Of a stretch of DNA of 64,000 nt, positions 38,705 through 48,307 are shown piece after piece. Position numbers and translations under genes: made by a program. The stretch lies in assembly GCA_965202785.1 (NCBI GenBank), contig OZ241855.1, forward strand, positions 1,184,001-1,248,000. The letters are read 5' to 3'. This stretch comes from Thermodesulfobacteriota bacterium (GTDB lineage Bacteria > Desulfobacterota_D > UBA1144 > Nemesobacterales > Nemesobacteraceae). The first letter of the stretch is position 1; each line of letters begins with the position of its first letter. The notes below the pieces were generated by a model. The model was given only the letters and a program-made list of their open reading frames with translations, had not been told where the DNA came from and did not search any database.

Positions 38705-39391
38705 ATGAAAATTCTGGGAATCGAAACGTCTACTTTCTCGGGAAGCGTGTCAATATCCGATGACGATGCGCTTCTTTGCGAATATGTCTTCAACACCGGT
38801 CCGAGGCATAACGAGGTGCTTATTCCCACGATCGAGCGGCTTCTTTCGGACTGCGGGCTCGGAAAAGATGATCTGGATGCGGTCTGCGTGTCAGTGGGTC
38901 CGGGTTCTTTCACCTCTCTTCGCATAGGGGTCTCCACGGCGAAAACCCTTTGTTATTCCTTGGGAACCGACCTCGCGGGAGTTCCATCCCTTGAAATTCT
39001 CACGTCAAATGCGCTTTGGTGCGGAGATGACGTGTGCGCCATGACCGACGCTGGCAGAGGGGAGGTCTTCTTTTCATTTTATGATTCCAAAGGCGAAGAG
39101 ATAAACCCCGCGGAAATCGCCACACCGGAGTCTGTATGCGCCGGAGTGAGAAGAAAGACCGTTTTTGTGGGCAGCGGAGCCCTGCTCCACGAAAATCTCA
39201 TACGGGATTCCGTGGGGGAGAGAGCCGTGTTTCTGCCTGCGAATCTGAACACCCCGAGGGCGTCTGGCTGCGCGCTTTTGGGGAGAAAAAAGATTCTTTC
39301 CGGACATAAGGACGATCCCTTCACTCTAATTCCTTTCTATCTTCGCCGCTCCGCTGCGGAACGCAAAGCGGTATCAGCGGAAGAAAGGTAA
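38705..39391 (+). CDS. tsaB: tRNA t6A biosynthesis protein TsaB
   Basis: ILGIETS, GPGSFTSLRIG, DAGRGEV, PFYLR. Confidence 0.93.
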   Translation: MKILGIETSTFSGSVSISDDDALLCEYVFNTGPRHNEVLIPTIERLLSDCGLGKDDLDAVCVSVGPGSFTSLRIGVSTAKTLCYSLGTDLAGVPSLEILTSNALWCGDDVCAMTDAGRGEVFFSFYDSKGEEINPAEIATPESVCAGVRRKTVFVGSGALLHENLIRDSVGERAVFLPANLNTPRASGCALLGRKKILSGHKDDPFTLIPFYLRRSAAERKAVSAEER

Positions 39392-39412
39392 AAATCTTTT
39401 CCCCTAGTGGTC

Positions 39413-39441
39413 TTGAAGTTGTACGCACGCGGTGATAAATT
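39413..39441 (+). promoter_or_regulatory. Putative sigma70 promoter of ilvB
   Basis: TTGAAG (39413-39418), 17 nt spacer, extended -10 TGaTAAATT (hexamer 39436-39441). Confidence 0.45.
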
Positions 39442-39498
39442 AAGCGGATGGGTTGTTGGTACTCCACATTTTAAAAACAACCAGGGAGATATAGTAAA

Positions 39499-41211
39499 AT
39501 GGCCAAGATGCTCGGCGCACAGATGTTCTTTGAGACGCTTCTTCACCAGGGTATTGACGTGGTCTTCGGACTGCCGGGAGGTTACGTTCTCAAGGTCTAT
39601 GACGTGATGACCGATTACACCGACAGGATAAATCACGTGCTGGTGAGGCATGAGCAGGGGGCTACGCACATGGCCGACGGGTACGCAAGAGCTTCGGGAA
39701 AACCGGGAGTGGTTCTTTGCACCTCGGGTCCTGCGGCAACCAACACCGTTACCGGTATTGCGACGGCGCAGATGGATTCATCTCCCATAGTTATCTTTAC
39801 GGGACAGGTTCCGACTCAGTACCTTGGAAGCGACGCCTTTCAGGAAGCCGATCATATCGGCATAACAAGACCCTGCACGAAACATAACTACCTTGTACGA
39901 GAAACCAGGGATCTTCCGAGAGCGATGAAAGAGGCTTTCCACATAGCCGGCACCGGAAGACCCAGCCCTGTTCTGGTTGATATGCCAAAGGACGTTCTCA
40001 TAGGAGAAGACGAGCTTGTAATCCCCGAGGATCACGAGATAGATATCAAAGGTTACAAGCCCACTACGAGGGGAAATCCTTCGCAGATAAAAAGAGCGGT
40101 GGAGATGCTGCTTGCCTCAAAGCAGCCCGTTATTTATTCCGGGGGAGGAGTTATCTGGTCCGGGGCTACGGATGAACTGCTTGAGTTCTGCCACCGGCTT
40201 CAGATACCTGTAGCTTCAACACTCATGGGCCTTGGGGGTTATCCGGCGAGCGATCCTCTCTTCATAAGCATGCTCGGGATGCACGGTTCCTACGCCGCCA
40301 ATATGACAGTTACCGAATCGGACCTCGTTATCTCGATCGGCGGACGGTTTGATGACAGGGCTACGGGCGGGAACTTTGATGAGTTTGCTCCCAACGCGGA
40401 GATTATACATATAGATATAGATCCCTCCTCGATAGACAAGAACATAACGGTTCAGTGTCCGATAGTAGGGGATGCCAAAGTTGTTCTGCGCCAGATACTC
40501 GATGCTCTCCCCGGGGAGATTGACCTTGAGGGAAGGGAATCCTGGCTCAGGCGGATACGGGACTGGAACGAGAAGCATCCGCTCACCTATTCCCAGGGAA
40601 GCGAGAAAATTCTCACGACCTACGCCATAGACACGCTTTACAAGCTCACCAAAGGGGACGCCATAATAGTTTCCGACGTAGGTCAGCACCAGATGTGGGT
40701 GGCCCAGTTCTACAAGTTCGAAAGACCGAGAACCCATCTTACCTCAGGGGGCCTGGGAACCATGGGATTCAGTTTCCCTGCGGCTATGGGAGCGAAATAC
40801 GCAAGGCCTGACGAACAGGTTATATGCGTTGCCGGCGACGGAAGCTTCCAGATGAATTTCCAGGAGCTCGCGACTGCGGTTGAAAACAATCTGGATCTTA
40901 AGATTATAGTTTTCAACAACCGTCACCACGGAATGGTAAGGCAGTGGCAGACCATGTTTTTTGAGGGCAATTTCTCGGCATCTCGGTTTGAAGTGCTGCC
41001 GGATTTCGTGAAGCTCGCAGAAGCGTTTGGAGCCCGCGGCCTTCGGGCGGTGAAGCCCGAGGAGCTTGAGCCCACTCTCAGGGAAGGCCTCAACACTCCG
41101 GGAGTTGTTCTCATGGAGATAGAAGTCGATTGTACGGAAATGGTTTATCCGATGATAGCCCCCGGTGCATCGATGGACAACATGATAATGATGCCCGCGG
41201 ATCTTGCCTGA
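39499..41211 (+). CDS. ilvB: Acetolactate synthase large subunit
   Basis: RHEQGATHMADGYAR, TSGPAATN, GMHG, DVGQHQMW, TPP motif GDGSFQMN, GMVRQWQ. Confidence 0.96.
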   Translation: MAKMLGAQMFFETLLHQGIDVVFGLPGGYVLKVYDVMTDYTDRINHVLVRHEQGATHMADGYARASGKPGVVLCTSGPAATNTVTGIATAQMDSSPIVIFTGQVPTQYLGSDAFQEADHIGITRPCTKHNYLVRETRDLPRAMKEAFHIAGTGRPSPVLVDMPKDVLIGEDELVIPEDHEIDIKGYKPTTRGNPSQIKRAVEMLLASKQPVIYSGGGVIWSGATDELLEFCHRLQIPVASTLMGLGGYPASDPLFISMLGMHGSYAANMTVTESDLVISIGGRFDDRATGGNFDEFAPNAEIIHIDIDPSSIDKNITVQCPIVGDAKVVLRQILDALPGEIDLEGRESWLRRIRDWNEKHPLTYSQGSEKILTTYAIDTLYKLTKGDAIIVSDVGQHQMWVAQFYKFERPRTHLTSGGLGTMGFSFPAAMGAKYARPDEQVICVAGDGSFQMNFQELATAVENNLDLKIIVFNNRHHGMVRQWQTMFFEGNFSASRFEVLPDFVKLAEAFGARGLRAVKPEELEPTLREGLNTPGVVLMEIEVDCTEMVYPMIAPGASMDNMIMMPADLA

Positions 41212-41522
41212 TACCGCGCTATGCTTTCCGGGCCGGACTCAAGGTTCTTTCCCCGCCTTCATATATGCTTTTCTGATTGCTGCCATTGCTAAGCCGGCCA
41301 ATGCTGTTTACATAAGTCTGTTGTGTACGCAGATGGCCGTCGGGTTCTGGAAGAAAAACCGCGGGTGGTCGATTCAATCGGCGTTTTAATCTGTCCGATA
41401 TTGTTTCCGGACTTACGCATGAGCCCTGAGAACATCATCGATGTCCGAAAGAATCCTTGAAATAGGCTCAGTTTGGATGGCGGTTAAAATTTAATTCCCT
41501 TCCTGCGCCCTCCTCCTGTTCC

Positions 41523-41551
41523 TTGAACTATCCGTTCTCGCGGGCAATAAT
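41523..41551 (+). promoter_or_regulatory. Putative sigma70 promoter of the substrate-binding protein gene
   Basis: TTGAAC (41523-41528), 17 nt spacer, AATAAT (41546-41551). Confidence 0.4.
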
Positions 41552-41579
41552 AGTGAGGCAGTTTCTTTAGGACCCTGAA

Positions 41580-42842
41580 ATGAAAAACACCCACTCGGTT
41601 CTGTATGCTTTTATCCTGATCTGCATTCTGGCTTCTTCAGGTTGCCAAAGCAATGACTGTGCGGATGCTTCTCTCTGCATAGGGGTGCTCATCCCCGAGA
41701 GGATTTTTGACGGCAGTTATGACAGCAGACGACAGGCGGTAGTTTCGGCCGTAGAAGATATCAATGCCGCAGGCGGTGATATAGAGCTTGTTTTTGGCCG
41801 CGACACTGACCGTTCTTTTGATTCTGATGCTCTGAGGAATGTTCTGAACAGGGGAGTCGACGGAATAATAGGTCCGACCAGTTCCGCTGATTCCGTGAAT
41901 CTCGTGAATGATCTTGTCCAGGCGGGGATGGTGGCGATATCACCCTCGGCCAGTTCGGTTGAAATAAGCACTTTCGCTGATCGCGGCTACTTCTTCAGAG
42001 TTATTCCATCGGACGCGTTCCAAGCACCCATACTTGCGAAACTGATAAGGCAGGCCGGGGGGAAACGCGCGGCCATACTGTTTCGTGACGACAGTTACGG
42101 AAGAAACCTTAAGGACGGTCTTGTCGAATCCCTTAAACAAGTGGGAGTAAGCTCGCTTGAGCCTGTTGAGTACGGGGAAGGTGCCGAGGCGGCGGTAAAT
42201 GCTGTAGTCGATGCAGTAAACACGGAGGATAACCCTGTAGACTCCGTGGTTCTCGCGCTGTTCCGTGAAGGGGGAGCGAATCTTATGGCAAGCATGCTGA
42301 AGAGGAAGGAACTGAATGGAAAAGTGAAATACTACGGAGCGGATTCACTCTCGATTGAGAGCTTTGCCGAAATAGTTGTCGCCCTTGACCCAGAAGCGCT
42401 TTCGCTTGAGGACATGGAAGGTTTTGTGACCACCATCGCGGGCCCTGATCCCTGCAGACTGGAAGACAGGCAGGAAATTTTTGATGAAACGGTGAGATAC
42501 GCAAGGCAGATATACGATGCTGTTGCGCTGATGAAACTTGCGTCCATTAAAAGCGCATCTTCTGATCCCGCCGTGTATGTCAGGGAAATGACAGGGATAA
42601 GCAGGGACGGAACTAAGTGCAGGACTTATGCTGAATGTGCAAAATTTCTCACCGACGGCGACAGTACCAACGATGATATCGATTATTACGGTTTTTCAGG
42701 CGAGATTGATTTCGATGCTAACGGCGACGTAACAAAGGGTTTTTACTACGTACACACTTATGATGACATGGGCGGAAGGCCTGACCCTGTTCTCGTTGAC
42801 CTGGAAGGGAATCCCGCAGGTGAGTGCGAGGCGGACGACTGA
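41580..42842 (+). CDS. Type 1 periplasmic substrate-binding lipoprotein (LivJ/branched-chain amino acid-like)
   Basis: Lipobox SSGC; AVEDINAAGG, IIGPTSS, ISPSASS, FFRVIPSDAFQ, DDSYG, GFSGEIDFDANGD. Confidence 0.85.
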   Translation: MKNTHSVLYAFILICILASSGCQSNDCADASLCIGVLIPERIFDGSYDSRRQAVVSAVEDINAAGGDIELVFGRDTDRSFDSDALRNVLNRGVDGIIGPTSSADSVNLVNDLVQAGMVAISPSASSVEISTFADRGYFFRVIPSDAFQAPILAKLIRQAGGKRAAILFRDDSYGRNLKDGLVESLKQVGVSSLEPVEYGEGAEAAVNAVVDAVNTEDNPVDSVVLALFREGGANLMASMLKRKELNGKVKYYGADSLSIESFAEIVVALDPEALSLEDMEGFVTTIAGPDPCRLEDRQEIFDETVRYARQIYDAVALMKLASIKSASSDPAVYVREMTGISRDGTKCRTYAECAKFLTDGDSTNDDIDYYGFSGEIDFDANGDVTKGFYYVHTYDDMGGRPDPVLVDLEGNPAGECEADD

Positions 42843-43072
42843 TCGGGCCTGCTGAGTTGTCGGGGGCCGTATTTCCCGTCGGAATATGCGGTTGCGACGA
42901 GACAGCGGATGCTGGCGGACATGCGGGGTCGCAAGTTGCACCAAATCCGATTGCCATATGTGGACGGGGATTAGAAGGGAAAGTCGGACGGCCCTGGCAG
43001 AGAAAATTCCGAGTGCTGCCTAATTAGATATACTTTCCCATAAGACCGCTCTTCGGGTCTTCCGATATCGTT

Positions 43073-45496
43073 ATGGCTTCAGGAAAAATTGTTCAGGTAG
43101 CTTTGCCGATTCATTCCGAACAGCTTTTTCTATATTCGGTTCCGAAGCGTTTCCGGCAAGGGGTTGCTACCGGGAAGAGGGTGTTTGTTCCCCTAGGAAA
43201 CCGCAAGGCCATAGGATATGTGGTAGGAGATGGGGGAGACCGGAAAGTCGATTTCGAGCTGAAGGATATAATCGACATCCTTGATGAATTACCGCTTTTT
43301 GACGAGAAACGCCTGGAATTTTTCCGCCGGGTTTCTGAGTATTACATGGCGCCTCTCGGAATCGTGCTTAAGTTCGCCCATCCTTCTGGGCTTGGCAAAA
43401 CCGTCGGGAAAACCGTGCGGATCACGGAGGAGGGGGAAAGCCGCCTTAAGGAAGCGGGTCTGAATCGCCTTGAGAAAAGAGTTCTGGAAACTCTTCTGCT
43501 CGAGGGAGAACTTGCCTCAGAGAAACTTATTGAACTCAGCGTCGGGACCTCGCTTGAAAATCTTAACTCTCTTAAGAGAAGGGGACATGTAGAATTTGAC
43601 TACAGGGTCATAAGAGATGAGAAGGTAAAGTACGAGAAGATATATGGAATCTCCTGCGATCCCGACACTGTCTCGGAGATTAAGCGGAAAAAACCGGCCA
43701 AGGGCGCCATACTTGAGTTCATAAAGCTCCGCGGTTCCGTTCCCCGCTCGGAACTAAGGGAAATATTCGGCAATTTCACAGTTCACGTAAAGTGGCTTGT
43801 GGATAACGCTTTGGTCTCTGTGGAGCAAAAAGAGATCGGAAGGGATCCCTACGGTGTTCTTGATTCAGAGGAGGAGCCACCTAAGAAACTTACCCAGGAT
43901 CAGCGTATGGCGATGGAGAAAATCCTGCCTTACGTTAAGAGGGAAGAATATCGCTGCTTTCTTCTTCACGGTGTTACGGGAAGCGGAAAGACCGAAGTCT
44001 ACCTAAGGACCGTGAGCGAGGTCATAGCCAGAGGGAAACAGGCGATTGTTCTTGTCCCCGAGATAGCGCTTACCCCGCTTCTGGTAAAGAGGTTCCGTTC
44101 ACGTTTCGCCGACTCTGTCTCGGTGATTCACAGCGCTCTTAGCGAGGGTGAGAGGTTTGATGTCTGGAGAAAGGCCCGCAGCGGGAATCTGAGCGTGGTG
44201 ATAGGTGCCCGCTCCGCGGTTTTCGCTCCGCTTGAGAATCTCGGCCTTGTGGTGGTTGACGAAGAGCACGAATCCTCCTACAAGCAGAACGAGACGCCAT
44301 GTTATAACGCCCGCGACGCCGCGGTCATGCTTGGAAACATATACGGCTGTCCGGTGCTGCTGGGTTCCGCGACTCCTTCTCTTGAATCCTACGCAAACTC
44401 GATCAGGGGCAAGTACGAATATCTTTCTCTTCCCGCAAGAGTGGGGACGAGCAGGCTTCCCGATGTTGAACTCGTGGATATGAAAAACGTGAATGAAACT
44501 GTTTTCTCCCCGCGTCTAAGGGATGCCTTGGTGGAGAATTTCAGCCGAAGGGAACAATCGATTCTTTTTATTAACAGGAGAGGTTTTTCAAGCTTTCTGG
44601 TCTGCGGGGATTGCGGTGAGATCTTCAGATGCCCCAACTGCTCTATAACCCTCACATTTCACAAGAAGGATAATTCAATCAAGTGCCATTACTGCGGGAT
44701 TATGCAGGAATTCGAGAACATCTGCTCAAGCTGCGGGGCCGAATACATGGGCAAGGGTCTCGGGACCCAGAAAGTAGAGGAGCAGGTAAAGAGCATGCTT
44801 CCCGATGCCAGGGTTTTCGTTATGGATAGGGACTACACCCGCGGAAAAACCAAACTTCTCGACCTCTATAAAAAGCTTGAGTCCGGGGAGGTGGATGTTC
44901 TTATCGGGACCCAGATGGTGGCCAAGGGACATGATCTGCCGGGGGTTACGCTTGTGGGTGTTCTCTCGGCTGATCATATGCTAGGGATTCCCGATTTCCG
45001 CTCGGGAGAAAGGACTTTCCAGGTCCTCACACAGGTAGCCGGAAGAACGGGCAGGGGAATAAAACCCGGGATTGTTATTCTGCAGACATATAACCCCGAA
45101 CATCCTTCGGTAAGATTTTCCATTTCCCATAACAGTTCCGGGTTTCTGGATGAAGAACTGGAGCTTAGAGAATCTCTTGATCAGCCTCCTTTTTCAAGGT
45201 TCATATCCTTAAGAGTCAACGGACTTGATGAGGAGAAAACACGAGATTTTGCCGAAAGGATGAAACGCACGGCAGAGAGATTTCTCCTCAAGCTTCCGCC
45301 TGGGTCGCTCCGAGTGCTCGGCCCATCCGAGGCTCCAATATACAAACTTAGAAACAGGTTCAGATGGCAGATCATTATCGTGTCAGAGAATCTGGGGTTG
45401 CTTCGGAACTATGCCTCGGCACTTTACGATTCGTTGAAAAAACACGCCTCGGGAATTAAGCTTGTAGTTGATGTCGATCCCTATGATTTCATGTGA
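43073..45496 (+). CDS. priA: Primosomal protein N'
   Basis: GVTGSGKTEVY, DEEHE, SATPS, four CxxC pairs, GTQMVAKGHD, QVAGRTGR, VDVDP. Confidence 0.97.
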   Translation: MASGKIVQVALPIHSEQLFLYSVPKRFRQGVATGKRVFVPLGNRKAIGYVVGDGGDRKVDFELKDIIDILDELPLFDEKRLEFFRRVSEYYMAPLGIVLKFAHPSGLGKTVGKTVRITEEGESRLKEAGLNRLEKRVLETLLLEGELASEKLIELSVGTSLENLNSLKRRGHVEFDYRVIRDEKVKYEKIYGISCDPDTVSEIKRKKPAKGAILEFIKLRGSVPRSELREIFGNFTVHVKWLVDNALVSVEQKEIGRDPYGVLDSEEEPPKKLTQDQRMAMEKILPYVKREEYRCFLLHGVTGSGKTEVYLRTVSEVIARGKQAIVLVPEIALTPLLVKRFRSRFADSVSVIHSALSEGERFDVWRKARSGNLSVVIGARSAVFAPLENLGLVVVDEEHESSYKQNETPCYNARDAAVMLGNIYGCPVLLGSATPSLESYANSIRGKYEYLSLPARVGTSRLPDVELVDMKNVNETVFSPRLRDALVENFSRREQSILFINRRGFSSFLVCGDCGEIFRCPNCSITLTFHKKDNSIKCHYCGIMQEFENICSSCGAEYMGKGLGTQKVEEQVKSMLPDARVFVMDRDYTRGKTKLLDLYKKLESGEVDVLIGTQMVAKGHDLPGVTLVGVLSADHMLGIPDFRSGERTFQVLTQVAGRTGRGIKPGIVILQTYNPEHPSVRFSISHNSSGFLDEELELRESLDQPPFSRFISLRVNGLDEEKTRDFAERMKRTAERFLLKLPPGSLRVLGPSEAPIYKLRNRFRWQIIIVSENLGLLRNYASALYDSLKKHASGIKLVVDVDPYDFM

Positions 45497-45505
45497 CCCG
45501 GCTTG

Positions 45506-48307
45506 ATGAAAAAGAAAATCCTTCTTCCCGACGAGGAAAACGCGCGCTTAACCGTTGAGAGATTTCGGGAGATAAACGGCAGACTCTCCGCGGAAAAGGA
45601 AAGAACCCTCCGCGTCATCTCTTCGCACAGCAGATTCCTCGGCAATTCAATCATAAGAAATCCACGTGCGCTAAACGTACTTACTAACGAAAAAGCCCTC
45701 GGGAGAAAAAAAACCCTTTCTTCCCACCGGGCTCCGCTTGCCTCGATTGTGAGGAATTCGCAGGATTCAGAGCGGCTTTCCGAAAGGCTCAAGGAGTACA
45801 AGTACACGGAACTCTCGAGAATAATCTACAGAGAAGTTCTGGGTCTCTGCACTTTTCGCCAGACCATGGAGGAGATTTCCGACCTGGCCGGTTCCGTGGT
45901 CAGGGCGGTGCTTGATTTTTACAGGTCCCGAATCGAGGGCGGAGACCAATTTGAGTTCGTAGTGCTTGGCATGGGGAAACTCGGCGGAAGACTCCTTAAC
46001 CTCAGTTCCGATGTAGACCTCGTTTATCTCTACAGAAGCGAGGACTACGCCGAGCAGATATTCAAGCTTTCCTCATCAGTTACCAGAACGATAAGCTCCG
46101 TCACTCCCGGCGGGTTTCTCTACAGAGTCGATCTGGGTCTGCGTCCTGGGGGCAGCAGGAGTCCGGTCGCGGTTTCGGTTGACGCGGCCCTTGAACATTA
46201 TTACCACTGGGCCGAGACCTGGGAGAGAGCGGTTCTGCTCAAGGCGACCCCTGTTGCCGGGGATATTGAGCTCGGTCGCGAATTCCTCGGGGAACTTGAA
46301 CCGATAATATACCGCAAGCTGCTTGATTACGAGTCCATAGAGGATCTCAAGGACATGAAGGTTCGTCTCGAGAGCATACGGAAGGAAAACGACGTAAAGC
46401 TCGGAAGGGGAGGAATAAGGGATATCGAGTTTTTCGTGCAGGCGACCCAGCTTATGAGCGGAGGAGCGGTGAAGAAGCTCAGGGGGCTCATGAACACTCT
46501 TGACGGCCTTTCCGCCATGGCGACGACGGGGTTCATAACAAAACAGGTAAAGGAAGAGATGGAGCATTGCTATCTTTTTCTTAGAAAAGTGGAGCATTCG
46601 ATTCAGCTCTGGGATGAACTTCAGACGCACAGCATTCCCACGGATGAGAGTTCGCTCGCCAGGCTCTCAAGGAGGATGGGTTTTGAAATGACGGCGGACT
46701 TCAGGGCAGCTTATGAAGAAGTGACCTCGCTTGTCGTGAAGAACTGCGGGAACCTGTTCTTCGACCCCGGGGTGGAGCTTGAGGAAAAAGGCAGGGAATT
46801 CTGGGAGGTGGCGGATTTTATGGCCGAGGGAAATGTAAACCGCGAGGAAGCGATTTCGACCCTCGGAAATCTCGGGTTTTCGGCACCGGACGATGCGATC
46901 GAAATCATATCAAGCCTCATGGATCCCCAAAGAGCCGGACTCACGGAAAGGGGAAGGATGCTTTCGAGGAAAGTGATACCGGCTTTTCTCTCAAACATAA
47001 TCAAGCTTAGTAATCAGGACGCCGCGCTTTTAAATCTTGAAAGATTTATCTCCGGTCTAGGTTCCAGAATGTCGGTCTACTTTCTTCTGAGTGAAAACCC
47101 CAAAATCATTCCTATGCTCTCCAGGCTCTTTTCAAGAGGCGGCATGCTGTCTGATTTCCTTATCAGGCACCCCGAGTATCTTGACTCCATCATACTGAAG
47201 GACGTGACGCAGTTCTACGATTCGAAAGATGCCATGGCACAGGCTCTTGGGGAAGCCGTCTCGGAAGAGGAGTTCTTTGAGGACAAACTCAATGCTCTTC
47301 GAAGCTTCAAGCACATTGAGTCCCTTAAACTTTGCTTCAAGGAACTTTCCGAGGACTTGGAACCGATCTACGTGGGAAAATATCTTTCGATGGTCGCGGA
47401 CGTTGTAATGAGTTCAAGCCTCGAACTTGCCAAGGATGCCCTTAAGTGTTCTCCGGGAAAGAGAAAACTTCTTGATAACATGGTCGTCCTGGGACTTGGG
47501 AAGCTCGGAGGAGGGGAAATGAGCTACGTTTCAGACCTGGACATAATCTTCATTTACGAAGGAGATGACCACGAGCTTTTCTCCAAGTACGGTCAGAGAT
47601 TCATATCCAATCTTTCGGTTTACACTTCCGAGAGCTTCTGTTACAAGGTAGATGTGGAACTGCGCCCGTCGGGAAATTCGGGTACTCTCGTCGCCTCGCT
47701 TGAGGCCTTTGAAGAATATCATAATTCAAGTGCTCACATCTGGGAGAGGCAGGCTCTTGTAAAAGCCCGCGCCGTTGCGGGAAACCGCGCGCTCGGCGAG
47801 AAGGTAATGAAAGTCATAGAGAATTTCGTTTATGCGAAAGAGCTCGCTCCGGATTTTCCCGAGGAAATCCACAGGCTGCGCGGGAGAGTCGAAAAAGAAC
47901 TCGCCAACGAGACGGAATCCAGGTTTAACCTGAAGACGGGAAGAGGGGGGTTGGTTGACATTGAGTTCCTCATCCAGATGCTTCAGCTTGCCCATGGTCC
48001 CGCAAACCCCGAGCTGAGAACGGTAAACACCATGGAGGCCATCGGGGCGCTTTACAGGGCCGGGTTAATTAAAAGCGACGAGGCCCTGACGCTTGGCGAA
48101 GGCTATTTATTTTTAAGAAAAATGGGAAACCTGCTGAGTCTTTTCAACGACAGGAGCAAAAACGAAGTCACGCGGGACGATTTTGACCGAATGGCGCCTG
48201 AGTTCGGTGGTTCCGGTGGAGAGGGAGGTTTTCTCATGTCTGAATACGCGCGCGTGACTGGGGACATCAGAGAAATTTATAACAGGTATTTTACGGGAAG
48301 CGCTTGA
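45506..48307 (+). CDS. glnE: Bifunctional glutamine synthetase adenylyltransferase/deadenylase
   Basis: Two nucleotidyltransferase repeats: GMGKLGG..LNLSSDVDL / DLGLRP / WER and GLGKLGG.EMSYVSDLD / DVELRPSG / WERQAL. Confidence 0.93.
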   Translation: MKKKILLPDEENARLTVERFREINGRLSAEKERTLRVISSHSRFLGNSIIRNPRALNVLTNEKALGRKKTLSSHRAPLASIVRNSQDSERLSERLKEYKYTELSRIIYREVLGLCTFRQTMEEISDLAGSVVRAVLDFYRSRIEGGDQFEFVVLGMGKLGGRLLNLSSDVDLVYLYRSEDYAEQIFKLSSSVTRTISSVTPGGFLYRVDLGLRPGGSRSPVAVSVDAALEHYYHWAETWERAVLLKATPVAGDIELGREFLGELEPIIYRKLLDYESIEDLKDMKVRLESIRKENDVKLGRGGIRDIEFFVQATQLMSGGAVKKLRGLMNTLDGLSAMATTGFITKQVKEEMEHCYLFLRKVEHSIQLWDELQTHSIPTDESSLARLSRRMGFEMTADFRAAYEEVTSLVVKNCGNLFFDPGVELEEKGREFWEVADFMAEGNVNREEAISTLGNLGFSAPDDAIEIISSLMDPQRAGLTERGRMLSRKVIPAFLSNIIKLSNQDAALLNLERFISGLGSRMSVYFLLSENPKIIPMLSRLFSRGGMLSDFLIRHPEYLDSIILKDVTQFYDSKDAMAQALGEAVSEEEFFEDKLNALRSFKHIESLKLCFKELSEDLEPIYVGKYLSMVADVVMSSSLELAKDALKCSPGKRKLLDNMVVLGLGKLGGGEMSYVSDLDIIFIYEGDDHELFSKYGQRFISNLSVYTSESFCYKVDVELRPSGNSGTLVASLEAFEEYHNSSAHIWERQALVKARAVAGNRALGEKVMKVIENFVYAKELAPDFPEEIHRLRGRVEKELANETESRFNLKTGRGGLVDIEFLIQMLQLAHGPANPELRTVNTMEAIGALYRAGLIKSDEALTLGEGYLFLRKMGNLLSLFNDRSKNEVTRDDFDRMAPEFGGSGGEGGFLMSEYARVTGDIREIYNRYFTGSA

